DNA from: Eledone cirrhosa
Lineage: Eukaryota
Assembly (NCBI GenBank): GCA_964016885.1
Contig: OZ024752.1
Span: 30,628,001-30,692,000 of the forward strand
Reading direction: 5' to 3'
Length of the DNA stretch: 64,000 bases
The notes below the pieces were generated by a model, which searched no databases, was not told the DNA's origin, and saw only the letters and a list, made by a program, of their open reading frames with translations. Position numbers and translations under genes: made by a program. Positions 38,460 through 50,887 of this stretch are shown here, piece by piece (position 1 is the first letter of the stretch; every line of letters begins with the position of its first letter).

Positions 38460-40921
38460 TTAACCCTTTAGCGTTTAAACCGGCCATATCCAGCCAAAAT
38501 TCTCTCACCTCTTTCTGTTCAAACTGGCCATAACTGGCTGCTCATCATCATCATCATCAACGTTTAACGTCCGTGTTCCACGCTTGCATGGGTTTGGACG
38601 GGGGTAGTCCCACTTGAGGCAAGAGTGATTGTCTTGCTCGCATAGGACTGTCTGGCAGGTTTTCTACAGTTGGATGCCCTTCCTAACACCAACCACATTT
38701 ACAGTGTGGGGCTGGGAGGTTTTTACCGTGTTGCCTACACGGCCACATTACAGCGTGGACTGTGTGTTTTTTTGTCGTGACACCTACACGATCTCATTTG
38801 TTTCGGCCTGGATGGCGCGGCACCAACATAACTTTACATAGAAGGGGGTGGTGTGGATGGGGTGGGGGTTGTGGTGGTGGGACGGGGTTTATTTTGTTAG
38901 AGATGCCTACTGGCTGTAGTAGGTTTTACTATGTATTTAGGTAAGGCGGGTCTTCTCTGTTACTGAGTACCGCCAAAGCTCTCGGTCCAGTGACATTGTC
39001 TTGGAGAGGTGTAAGTGTGTGAGGTCGGAGTTTATCAGCTCGTCCCAGGTTTTTCTGGGTCTGCCTATTCCGTGGCTACCGTCTATCTTTATTGCCCTGC
39101 ACTTTGTTATACAGCTATCGACTTTCATGCGCATCACGTGTCCATACCAACGTAGCCTTCTCTCGAGTAAACAACATCTGATCCCTCTTATTTCTAATTT
39201 TTTCCTTAGTTCGTTTATGCTTTGCCGTTCACGTATATTACTGTTACACATCCAGCGGAGCATGCAAGCTTCGTTCCTCTCTAGTCTGCGTATATCCTCT
39301 GCACACAATGCCCAGGTCTCACTGCCATGCAACATTGCTGTTCGTATGCAGGCATCGTACAACCTGCCTTTCATTTTTAGGGAGAATCCTTTAGCAGCTA
39401 ATAGTGAACTTTTTCCAACCAGTTCTGACTCTAGCTACTGTACTTTCAGAGCACCCTCCCCCACTGCTGATTTTATCGCCCAGGTAACGGAAGTTGTCCA
39501 CTATTTCTATAGAACCCTCTGCGCAATTGAAAGAGCTAGTATTTTGTGGGCACTTGCTGCTACTTATTGCACCAGAGCACCGGCCACATGTAAAATCTAT
39601 GTTCTTAGTTAGCTTACCTGTGATCCCACTACATCTTTTATGCACCCATACTTTGCATTTAGGACATAAAATGGAGTTTCTACCTACGCCTTTCCTACAC
39701 ACTGAGCATGACCATTTCCCAGAAGGGACCGCCACCTTATTTTCTTTCCTACAAACTAGAACTTTAGTCTTAGCCAGGTTAATTTTAAGTCCTTTTGATT
39801 CTAGGCCGTGCTTCCATGTTTGGAATTTCTTCTCTAGCTCGGCCATTGATTCAGCTATGAGTGTCAGGTCGTCTGCGTATAGGAGTTCCCATGGGCAGCC
39901 GGTCTTGAACTCCTCTGTTATAGCCTGAAGGGCAATAATAAATAGAGGGGGCTGAGAACAGAGCCCTGATGGACGCCAACTTTTACGCTAAACTCTTCAC
40001 TATATTCATTGTTAATTCTAACCTTGCTGACTGTTTCTTTATACATGGCTTGTATAGCTCTCACAAGCCATTCGTCAATGCCTAGTTTTCTAAGAGCCCA
40101 CCAGATAATGGAGCGGGGGACTCTGTCGAAGGCTTTCTCCAAGTCGACAAAAGCTAAGTAGAGGGGTTTACCTTTAGCTAGGTACTTCTCCTGTAGTTGT
40201 CATACAATGAAAAGAGCGTCTGTGGTACTTTTGCCTGACACAAACCCGAACTGCATTTCATCTAGGTCAATTCTCTCAATGATTAGTTGCGCTATTACTT
40301 TTTCCGTGACCTTCATGACCTGGTCGATTAATTTAATGCCTCTATAGTTACTCCTATCTAGGGCGTCTCCTTTACCCTTATAACAGTTAACGATGCTGCT
40401 GCTATGCCAGTCCTTCGGAACAACCCCATTCTGTACGACTTGGTTAACTATGCGGGTGACCATGGTGTGTCCCACCGTGCCAGATGCCTTCAGCATCTCA
40501 GCAACTATTTCCGAAGGCCCAGCCGCCTTACCCGTCTTCATATCCTTGATTGCCTTACTTATTATACTCCCCTCGACTAACACTGCTGGTCCCTCTATTG
40601 GGTGGATATGGGGGAGACTGTCTTTCTCCCATTTATTCTCCTCATTTAGTAGCCTTTCATAGTGACACTTCCAAGCTACCTTCTTATCAGCGTCGGTGAT
40701 GGCAAGTACGCCGTCATCATTAAGTACACACTTCTCCCCGACAATATCACGGTTTTCCTTGACGCATTGCCTAGCAATCCTGTACTTATGTTAAGGTATT
40801 GTTCGAAAAATAAATAATATCAAAATCTCGTGGATTCGATATTATGTGAGATAATTATGAGATAAAGTGTTTACCATGAAAATACAATAAATATAGAGTA
40901 ATATAAATGCTAAAGGGTTAA
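38460..40921. mobile_element. piggyBac-like MITE split by the 2.2-kb RTE LINE
   Basis: The left part 38460-38545 and right part 40783-40921 join to match the intact copy at 54868-55096. Confidence 0.85.
38543..40781 (-). mobile_element. 5'-truncated RTE-type LINE with frameshifted RT ORF, 3'UTR and (ATG)n tail, in PCTP intron 2
   Basis: ORF pieces 40200-40583 (KAAGPS..YKGKGD..NYRGIKL..QFGF), 39918-40142 (DLEKAFDRVPR..GVHQGSVLSP), 39391-39846 (after LLYADD) and 38937-39374 (LHGSETW..RLRWYGHVMRM..GRPRKTW). Tail reads (CAT)n on + at 38543-38558. Confidence 0.93.
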
Positions 40922-41015
40922 ATGAAGATGATTATGATGATGTTGTTGTTGATGATTATGATGATGATGATGAAGAATAACCTTATTAACCTAATCAAGC
41001 GCCTGATTCACTTAC

Positions 41016-41130
41016 CATGTACATAGGTGTCCCAAGTCTTACGGTAATCAAGATCCATGTACACTTGGGAACATGTTTCAGGATCTACATCCATTTCTCC
41101 AAAGACTTTATATTTGTATAAACCTGATCT
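41016..41130 (-). CDS. PCTP: PCTP exon 2
   Basis: Acceptor tttctttcag. Encodes RSGLYKYKVFGEMDVDPETCSQVYMDLDYRKTWDTYVH (START motif YMDLDYRKxWD). Donor G|GTAAGT; 115 nt. Confidence 0.92.
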
Positions 41131-42366
41131 CTGAAAGAAATTAGAAATATTGACAAGAAGTTGAAAACTAGAAAAAGTAGGGAAAACTAGAAAAGTAGGG
41201 AAATTCAGAATATTTTACCTGTGAAATATGAATTTACCTGAGAACTGATTCATGGGTTATAATGACTGCATTTCCAAAAGCATTATATTCCACCATGCAA
41301 GGGCAGTGGATTGGTAGTACGGTACAGTATCGGACAACATACTTGGTGGCATAGAGTTACAACACTTTTACATTCTGAGTTCAAAACCCGCCGAGGTCAG
41401 CTTTGCCTTTCATCATTATGGTGATGATAAAATAGAGTACCAGTAACGCATTGGGATCGATTTAATTGACATCCCCTCCCTTGTGCCTTAATCAGAAACC
41501 ATTATATTCTACCATGTTGGTTTGATGACCTACATGATAAACACACCCAGTACATACTGTAAAGTGGTTGGTGATAGGAAGGGCATCCAACAGTAGAAAG
41601 CTTGCCACACAAAAGGCTAGAAAGACCCTTCAGTTGTATCAAAGACATGACAGGCTCCCTAGTGTTGATAGAAAGCTTGCCTAACAAAGGAAGACCCTTC
41701 AGTTTGTGTCAAAGAAATGACAACCTCAGTGAAAGGCAATCCAATTTCACTTCAACATGATGCTTCTGAAGATGTTGGCACTGCCAAATGTGGTTCATGT
41801 CTGCAATTGCATTTGCTGCAACTGCAGTTAATGAGTTGCATTGTGTAATATCACCTGGAAGTGATGGAAGGCTGAACCAGTTGATTTGATGATCATTGAC
41901 ATCATCAAATTCCATATATCATCCCATTTTATAGGGACTTCTGGTATTTTCTCATCACCATCACCACTACCACCACCCCCATCTGTCATCATAATAATTC
42001 TTGATACAAAACCATTAATTTAGAGGAAGGGGAAAGTTGGCCCTTAACTGGTACTTTATTATATCAATCCTGAAAAGATGAAGGGGCAAAGTTAACATTA
42101 ACAGAATGGGAGCTCCAGCATGCAATGAACCAGAACAAATACCACAAAACCTTTTGTCTACCAAGTCTGACCAGATGTTGAATAATAACTATTGTGAGAA
42201 CAACAATGACAGCAATGGTGGAAATGCCTTCTCTATTCTATCCACGAGGCAGCCAGCACATGGACCCTCATTTCCTCATAATAGTGAGATAGAGAGAATG
42301 GAAATGATGGAGGCAGTAACAGTGGGAGTTTGGTTCCATTGTTCAGACCTGGTATATATGTATATG

Positions 42367-42752
42367 GAGGCACATGGCTTAGTGGTTAGAGCATTGGCCT
42401 TGCAATCGAAAGGTTGTGAGTTCAATTCTCAGACCGGGTGATGTGTTGTTTCCTTGAGCAAGACACTTTATTTCACATTGCTCCAGTTTACTCAGCTGTA
42501 GAAATGAGATGATAGGGACTGGGATCCCTATCATTCCACTGCAAAGTGGTCGTAGAGGTGCCACGGCAAAAAACCACCCAGCCCACACTGTAAAGTGGAC
42601 GTGTAGGCGCCACGGAAAAAAAGCACCCAGCACTCACTGTCAATGAGGTTGGTGTTAGGAAGGGCATCCAGCTGTAGAAATCAAGCCAGAATCAGTTCCT
42701 GTCCCACCCTTGCAAGCAGGGAAAAGCAGACGTAAAATGATGATGATGATGT
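42367..42752 (+). mobile_element. Full-length tRNA-headed SINE with RTE-LINE-like 3' tail and (ATG)n
   Basis: Pol III A/B-box-like head (TGGCTTAGTGG...GAGTTCAATTC), central TTGAGCAAGACACTT, tail GGTTGGTGTTAGGAAGGGCATCCAGCTGTAGAAA...(ATG)n. Other copies at 11462-11795 (-), 36259-36484 (+) and 63745-63933 (+). Confidence 0.85.
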
Positions 42753-42797
42753 TTCACAGACATACACGCCTATATACATACAAATATGCTTACATGT

Positions 42798-43013
42798 TTA
42801 ACCCTTTAGCATTTATATTACTCTATATATAATATTGTATTTTTGTGGTAAAGGCTTTATCTCACATAATGTCAAATCTAGGAGATTTCGATATTATTTA
42901 TTTTGAAAACAATACCTTAACATCAGTATGAGTGGCCAGTTACAGCCAGTTTGAACAGTAAGAGGCAAGAGAATTTTGTCTGGATACAACTGGTTTAAAT
43001 GCTAAAGGGTTAA
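42798..43013. mobile_element. piggyBac-like MITE, intact
   Basis: TTAACCCTTTAGCATTTA terminal inverted repeats. Confidence 0.85.
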
Positions 43014-43054
43014 ATAAGTAACAACTGTACGAATCATAAATCTTGACATTTACA

Positions 43055-43085
<31 letters not shown>

Positions 43086-43185
43086 GCCATCACATAAGGG
43101 AAAATTTAACATTATTCCATGTTACATTATTAAACACACACTCAACATTTTGAATGGCTTCAATGAATATATGTGGGTGTGTGTG

Positions 43186-43229
<44 letters not shown>

Positions 43230-43488
43230 GTTGTTGTATGGTTGCAATAAATGCACCCGTAGGCGGTATGCTGTTTCAGCACTCAATGCTCACGGGGAGC
43301 AGAGTATATTATTATAGATAACGAGGAATCAGTGATGCATCAAAACACAATTTATTAACATATTACATGTTTCTCCGACGAATATATATATATGTATGTA
43401 TGTAAAAGGTAAACAGAAATAACAACACAATTGGTACAATATATAGAAGGTATATATTAAGTTAACGCTTGATATAGCAGGAAGAGGG

Positions 43489-43524
43489 TCTTAACGTTTC
43501 AGACGCTAGTCCTTCATCAGAAGA
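43489..43524 (-). ncRNA. Minimal hammerhead ribozyme motif (solo)
   Basis: Minus strand reads TCTT-CTGATGA-A-GGAC(TAGC)GTCT-GAAA-CG-T-T-AAGA, with palindromic AACGTT at stem III. Confidence 0.6.
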
Positions 43525-43684
43525 AAGAATGAGAAATAAAATAGATTGAGGGGATGGGCGGGATGGAATTGGAAAAATTGTCTTTAGATAAAAATAACAG
43601 GTCCATTCATGTTGTAATCTCTTATATACATATATATATACATACATATATACATATATATACATATGTATATATATATGTATA

Positions 43685-43715
<31 letters not shown>

Positions 43716-43777
43716 GAATATATATACATATATATATATATATACACACACACATACATATACATATATATATATAT

Positions 43778-44030
43778 AACGAAGGAGTTGTGGTAAGGAA
43801 CCAGATGGACCATAATGCAGCAGAGCACTCAATACTTAGGGTAGTAGAGTGGGTAATAGGAAAAGGTATGACCCCGATGGCAGAGCTCTAGTCCAGAAAT
43901 AGCCGTCGAAACGGCTTGAGCTCTGCCGTCGGGGTCATACCTTTTCCTAATTCTCTGAATTTCCAATCTTTTGTGAAGCGAAACCGTCGGTAATAGCATT
44001 TTGGACAGGCGAATAATTAAATTGTATGAT
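43778..44030. mobile_element. Fold-back element, copy 2 (different inversion breakpoint)
   Basis: Highly similar to 14236-14441, with shorter inverted arms and a longer right extension. Confidence 0.75.
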
Positions 44031-44092
44031 GATGATGAGATACATATACATATATATACATGTACATATATATACATATACACATATATACA

Positions 44093-44152
<60 letters not shown>

Positions 44153-44254
44153 AGAAAGCATGTCCATAAAATCATTTGATAAAATATATACAGTATATAT
44201 ATATACATATATATATGGCTCTGTCTAGTTTATGTATATGTAAATCTCTCTCTA

Positions 44255-44290
<36 letters not shown>

Positions 44291-46313
44291 CACACAATAA
44301 CTATTATGACAGCAATGACAATAATGACAATGATGACAATATTTCATAAAACTTGAAAGTTTTAAACAAAGTAATGTTTTTTGTTCTATTATTTTTTGTG
44401 CAGCAATTAGATCAAAAGAGAGAATGTTCGTTCAAAAGCTCCACTCTTATTATCTATAATTAAGTAGATATTCTAACTTCAATTCTTTTATAACTACAAC
44501 ACTAAAATTGAGCCAAGAAATTTTAATTAATTAAAATAACACCTGTAGTTAGGAGGAAAGGGAGACTCAAGAAAATCTGGTGCTCAACATACAAAAATCT
44601 CCAGAGGATTGGACTGAACTGGGAAACTATGCAAGATTCCACAGCTTCTTCTTCACCCACTTATTCCTGAGAGGGCCATGGATGTAGATTTCTCAAACAC
44701 TCCTTCCAACAGGTCTTGTCAGAAGCAACAGTCTCCAATTGATCCAACTGGATCCACAAGCGTGACCAGCCAAACTCATGGATGTTAGCCAACCAAGCTG
44801 ATCATGAAATTTGGAGTAGACTCATTGCCCAATATGCCCCAGGGCATAAGAAGACCACAGACTAAGACTAAGTTAGGAGAGAAAAACTGAGGACAGTGAC
44901 TTGGCTGGAATTTTAGGAACTGAGAGAGATAACTTGTGGTATTTGTTTCAGCCCTTTACAGACTGAGTTCAAATGTTGCAGAGCTACATAGGTCATCTAT
45001 GCCTTTCTTCCCTTTAGGGGTTAATAAATTAAATCACCAATCAATTACTAGGGTCTATTTAAGAGGCTTGGACAGGAGTTGAAACCAGTAGATAGTACCA
45101 GCAATGAAAAGACCAATGGAAACATTGTTTCCTTTGTGCGCTCTGATGAGTTCCACTTCACTCAGTAAGTAAATGAAGTCTGGGATCTTATTGATTCAGA
45201 TCATCTTTTAAGGGACTGCTGATCTGTACCAATAGGCAATAGACAGGCTAGCATGGTACACAGTAAAACACAAATCCCCTTACAGATGTAATGAAGGGCT
45301 CTAATGACAGGTGAAATGATGAGACACCTGTTGGAGTTCACTGCCATTATATCAGGTAGTATTGGTAGAGGGTTGGACGCCATGCTTTGCAGCATAGAGT
45401 TGCAGCCCTTTACGATCTGAGTTCAAATTCTGCTGAGGTTGATGTTGCCTTTCATCCTTATGGGGTCGATAAAATAAAGTATCAGCACTGGGGTCAATTG
45501 CTGGTCTTGTGCCAAAAGTAAAAACAGTTAACACTCTATATTACTGACACATACATACACACAACACATACACATACAAACAATGCACACACATACACAG
45601 ACTAACTACGAAGGAGTGATGCTAGAACTGCGGAATCTTGCATACCTTAATTTCAACCCTTCTTATTAATAATTGCATTGTTTCTTATCAGGAACTATGT
45701 TGAAAAATAAACCTCATTTGGTCATTCCATGAGAGCCTCTTGGTCAGCCAGTGAACTTTTCAGCTGACCCTCATATATATACCCATTCCCTTCACATGGC
45801 TTCCTGCTTCATCCAGCGTGGATAAGTACCCCCCCCCCCCCCCGATCCAAGCTGCTCTCACCTGCCCCCGTGAAACACAGCCCTTTCACCCCACCCCTGC
45901 CCTCCATATATATATATATATATAAATATATAGTAGAATAATCGAGTATCGGAAAATCGGCTCACGAGTTTACGATAAACAAATTCGACATGAGTGGCAG
46001 AGGGCTCAATAATTCAGATAAATCAGAGCTATAACTATCGTTAAAATACCAACACACAAAGATTATGTCTAAAATCACCCATGCGGCCGAAAAATTACGA
46101 CCAGGAAGATTCGGGTCACTCAGATAAAATATCAATAAATCAATAAATCATATGAGTATATATATATTATGTGTGTATGTGCGTGCGAGTCCCGGTTTCA
46201 ATCGGGAGTAACCATAGTAAGTACGGTACTCAATACATTAGTAAAGTGTAAACATCAAATTTAATATGGACATGGCTTCTACAGGACTAGAACTGTTTTA
46301 TGCGAAGGAAATC

Positions 46314-46404
<91 letters not shown>

Positions 46405-46544
46405 GGGCATCTAGCCGTAGAAAACCTAACAGATAGTCCTATACGAACGAGATACGGTCACCCGATCAATCTTGCCTCAAGTGGGACAATTCCCGTCTAA
46501 CCCATGCTAGCGTGGAAGATAAACGTTAAACGATGATGATGATG

Positions 46545-46576
<32 letters not shown>

Positions 46577-46603
46577 ATATATATATATGTGTGTGTGTGT
46601 GTG

Positions 46604-46878
46604 TGGAGGCACGTGGCCTAGTGGTAAGAGTGTTGGACTTACGATCATAATGTCGTGGGTTTGATTCCTGGGCTGCGTGTTGTGTCCTTGAGCAAAACAC
46701 TTCATTTCACGTTGCTCCAGTATACTCAGCTGGAAATGAGTATCAGCAATAGCTGGAGGTTTAACCCTGCGATGGACTGGCGTCCTGTCCAGGGGGAAGT
46801 CTTGTACTCTCAGTCGCTTCACGCCATGAAGCCGGGATAAGCACCGGCCTTCTGGCTAAAGACAGACTTTACACTTAG
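46604..46878 (+). mobile_element. tRNA-headed SINE, second family
   Basis: GGAGGCACGTGGCCTAGTGG..GGTTTGATTCC..TTGAGCAAAACACTT..GCGATGGACTGGCGTCCTGTCCAGGGG. Minus-strand copies at ~14447-14725, 29493-29755 and 55390-55657. Confidence 0.85.
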
Positions 46879-46879
46879 T

Positions 46880-46911
<32 letters not shown>

Positions 46912-47856
46912 ACTCGATTGTAAAACCCAGTTATATTATATTCCAGCTTAGACAAGTGAGTGCCAACATCTCTCACTCATGGTAAAATATGTACTGCTAG
47001 GCTTTTAGTTTATTATTAATGCTTTAGTTATGAAATACAGTAGAAAGAGTCTGAAACAAAGGTGATTTGAAGTATAAAGGATGTTTTGAAATACAAAGGT
47101 GTATTATATATATATATTTATAAGGTTCTTAGCTATAATTAATTGATTATATGTATGTATTTCTATTTAATCTTATATATTTGTTATATATAAATGAGTA
47201 TTGAAAATAAACGTGTAAAATGTAAAGAACAGATAAATTGAAAAAAAAAAGGTGTTATGAAATACAAAGGTGTCGAAGGTGTTTTGTTTATAGCAACCAT
47301 AGTCAGTCATTCCGAGTAAGAAAAAAATAAAACGGAACATAATTTAGAGATATCGTTAGTATTTTAGTAATAATAAAAATATTTTTACTACGTCTATATC
47401 AGATATAAATACATATATAACATAAATTAATTATTGCTAGGAACCATATAAATATAATGCATAAAAATATACAATCAAAACGATAAAATAAAACCATCTA
47501 TTTTAGTAATAATAATAAGGCGTCCCTTACTTTTTAGCGGTCGCAATAATGAAAGTAAATTTATTTTCATGATGATAATAATAATAATAATAACTGTTTC
47601 TACTTTTGGCACAAGACCAGCAATGAACCAGTGCATTACTGGTACTTTATTTTATCGACCCCATGAGGATGTAATACTAATAATTGTTTCTACTTTAGGC
47701 ACAAGGCCAGCAATAAGCGTTTCTATAATTTTACACCCTTTAAAATAGTGTCGCTTTTAAGATTATATTTATTTAACAGGTACAGTGTAAGCAACGATTT
47801 ATTTATTAAATATCAGGAAATTTATTGTAGTTTAATAAACAAAAAAAAAAAGTAAA

Positions 47857-48058
47857 TACAGCGTGGGTTGAAAAGTTTATAGGCTGACTATGAAGGAGTG
47901 ATGATAGAGCTGTGGAATCTTGCATGAATTAATTTCAACTCTTCTTATTAATAACTGCACTGCTTCTTTCCAGGGACCCTGTTGAAAAATAAACCTCATT
48001 TGGTCATTCCATGAGAGCCTCTTGGTCAGCCAATGAACTTTTTAGTCGACCCTCGTAT
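47857..48058. mobile_element. Tc1/mariner-like MITE
   Basis: TA-flanked, with imperfect ~30-bp TIRs (..GTTGAAAAGTTTATAGGCTGAC / GTCAGCCAATGAACTTTTTAGTCGACCCTCG). Confidence 0.75.
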
Positions 48059-48597
48059 ATGGCAATATTCCATAGAATCTCGCCAAGAATCAAAATGTAT
48101 AGAAATAATTGCTGTGTTAATAGATTACGGAAGCAGTAAGAATAAGAGTTGAGAGAAATTTAGATGTCTTTTATATATAGACAGACGTGTTTAGTTAGTT
48201 ATTTAATAATTATATATTGCTGTTGCCATAAATTAAATTATTTATTATGTATTGTATGACATGTGTTCGTCAACCACGAATTGATGTCATTTCTAACAAA
48301 ATGTAGCAAAAGTTCGTCTGCCAAAATTTCCCTCACTGTTTTGTTTACTTCCTCAAATAAACACACAGAAAGAAATATTTTGGCCAACAATGAACACATA
48401 ACCAGTAAATTTAAGGTTCATTAAGTGTAAAGTAATAAATTGAACAAGTGTCAAATATAATATCACCTAAAAAAGGGGGTTGTTTTATTATTTTATTTTA
48501 TTTTCGGACGGATATCTGATCCGTGTATTTACATTTCGAGTGAATAATTCAAATCTATTTTTGTATTTATTTTCTACCGTATTATTATCATACTCAC

Positions 48598-48729
48598 CTC
48601 AATATACAATCTGTAAATTTTCATTCCATGTGATTCGGTAAAGAATTCCCAATCATCTATTTTTGGTTGATCTAATTCCCCGCAAGCTGCCGTAAATTCA
48701 GAATCTTCAAAGGCTGCGGCTACCGCCAT
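48598..48729 (-). CDS. PCTP: Phosphatidylcholine transfer protein (START domain), exon 1
   Basis: MAVAAAFEDSEFTAACGELDQPKIDDWEFFTESHGMKIYRLYIE resembles the vertebrate PCTP N-terminus. Donor GAG|GTGAGT; 132 nt, phase 0. Confidence 0.88.
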
Positions 48730-50542
48730 TTTATATATATATATATGTATTAAAATATTGATAAAAGATATTAGTTACACACACTCTCTCTCTATATATA
48801 TATAATATAGAGAGGGTAGGTAAAAACAATTGGAGACTCTGTCAGTAATCCACTTTCACTATCATGCTGTGCACACGGTCTCTATATACACTTCCGTTTC
48901 TTGAATGTCCGGTCCGATTCCAGGATGGATGATCACTAAATGTTTGGGAAATATTTCCCCCCAATAAACATTTCCCAAACCCTTTATACCTTATTTGATT
49001 TATTATAACATGTTTATAGAGCTATATCAAACCTATATACAATGTAGTTTGTTTTGTATTTTTTTTGTATTTTTTATATTTTTTATCCTATATGCACGTC
49101 TCTTGTTTCAGAATCCTTGCTTGTTGCTTATTTATCGATTTAAACATTTTTAAAATCTTTATTTCATCTAATGGGTATTTCTTTAATAACATTTGTAGGG
49201 GATCTTTCGATCTGTGTAAATAAAATAGCAGGCAATAAAAATGAAAGTGAAAGGAAAACTGCCTGCTTCTTCGTTTTAGAGAGTTGTCAGTGCTTGACTT
49301 AAGCCATAAGATAAATATACTCCAGCTTCGGGCCAAACACCCTCAAGGTGTAGTTAGTGCTGGACTTACCTATAAGCTATAGCTTATAGAGGGCCACACA
49401 CCCTCAGTATAGCTAGTGCTGGAGCTTAGGGCCACACACCCTCGGGGAGCCTCACTGTAGCCAGTGCTGGACTTAACTATAAGATATAGCTTAGGATCAC
49501 TCACCCTCGGGGGCCTCACTGTAGCCAGTGCTGGACTTAACTATAAAATATAGCTTAGGATCACTCACCCTCGGGGCCTCACTGTAGCTAGTGCTGGAGT
49601 TAACTACAAGCTCTAGCTTAGGCTTCACACACCATCTGGGGCCCCACTGTAGCCAATGCTGGACTTACCTATAGCTTAGGTTTCACACACCTTCGGAGTC
49701 CTCAGTGCATCCAGGCTGGACTTACCTATAAGCTTTAGCTACTTTATTCTATCGATCCCGGAAGGATAAAGGGCAATGTTAACGGCGGCGGAATTTGAAC
49801 TCAGAACGTAAAGTATCAGAATGAATACGGCAATGGCTGGATCAATCCTGCCAATCAACCAGCCTTAGAGTAGTATATATAATGTTGGTTTCTGATTTAG
49901 GTACAAGGCCAACAATTTGGGAGGAGGAGATAGCCGATAAAATCAACTCCAGTGATTTACTGGCACTTTATTTTATCGACGCCGTTTTTTTAGTTCCAAA
50001 TCCGCAAAGGTCAACTTCGCCTTTCACAATTCCTTTAATCCATCCTAAATGGGTATGGAATTATAATGGAGGAAGAAGGGGTTCTTCAATGATTTTTTAA
50101 AATTCAGATGTCCCGATGTATAATTAAACATTTTTCTGCAAATTTTTATTCGGATGTCTCGATTTAAAATTAAATATTTTTCTACAAATTTAACCTGTGT
50201 AATCACATAGGATAAATTCGAACTTTTGTAATATATTTCATCGTTTTTATATTCGTTGCTCAAACGTAAGATTCACTAAAATGATTGAAAGAGTCTTTAA
50301 AAATTATTCTAACCAAAATAGTGTTACGTCTTGTGAATGAACGAAAAGATGTTTAAAATATCGATTACCTCCCTTAGTTACTCTTTTCAGTTAACTTATC
50401 AAGTGTGCACCGCTTTCCAATCCACCAACCTCTATATTTTCTATATTTACATGATCAATATGTCCTTTTCTAATGGCATTTTACCAATTATTTAGCTTTT
50501 ACAATGAAACACTAAAGTAATTTTAATAGAAAAAAACAAACT
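48730..50542. promoter_or_regulatory. Divergent intergenic region / probable shared promoter of PCTP and RBM41
   Basis: Start codons lie 1.8 kb apart, head-to-head. ETS-like ACTTCCG at ~48890. An AG at 50528-50529 just before the RBM41 ATG suggests an upstream 5'UTR exon. Confidence 0.5.
49347..49740. repeat. ~62-bp tandem repeat (~6 units)
   Basis: Variants of CACTGTAGCCAGTGCTGGACTTAACTATAAG..AGCTTAGGATCACTCACCCTCGGGGGCCT. Confidence 0.85.
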
Positions 50543-50887
50543 ATGTCTGATCGTGGCGTCGGCTGTTCATCGTTTTGGGAAAGTCAGAATTACTATGGAC
50601 AATCAGGGGTCCCGTGTGGTCACCCACGTCGATATGATAGTGGCAATGTTGTACGGTTACCTTCTGATTCTCGAACTAAACTCACCAATAAACTCGATCA
50701 AAATACACAGTCAGAAGGTGAACAGCAAATTAAATACTTAGCTCAAAAGCAGCTTGATACTAAATTAACGAAGGAAGAATATATATCGCACCAACGAACT
50801 TTCGTTGAAAAGGTTCTTTACAAACCCAAAGCAGCCGAGTTAAAGGGAATTTGTTCTTTGGACTCTTTCAATAAAATCCAGAAACAG
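50543..50887 (+). CDS. RBM41: RNA-binding protein 41, coding exon 1
   Basis: QSEGEQQIKYLAQKQLDTKLTKEEYISHQRTF...YKP...SLDSF resembles the RBM41 N-terminal conserved block (ETEGERQLKSLLQHQLDT...). Donor CAG|GTAATA; 345 nt, phase 0. Confidence 0.85.

Noticed and set aside
42367-42440. tRNA-like sequences with A/B boxes (also 46604-46672 and others)
   Set aside because: They are SINE heads continuing into SINE bodies; no complete cloverleaf is evident.
47100-47460. Degenerate AT-rich inverted repeat
   Set aside because: Too diverged and low in complexity to assign; no hammerhead core visible.
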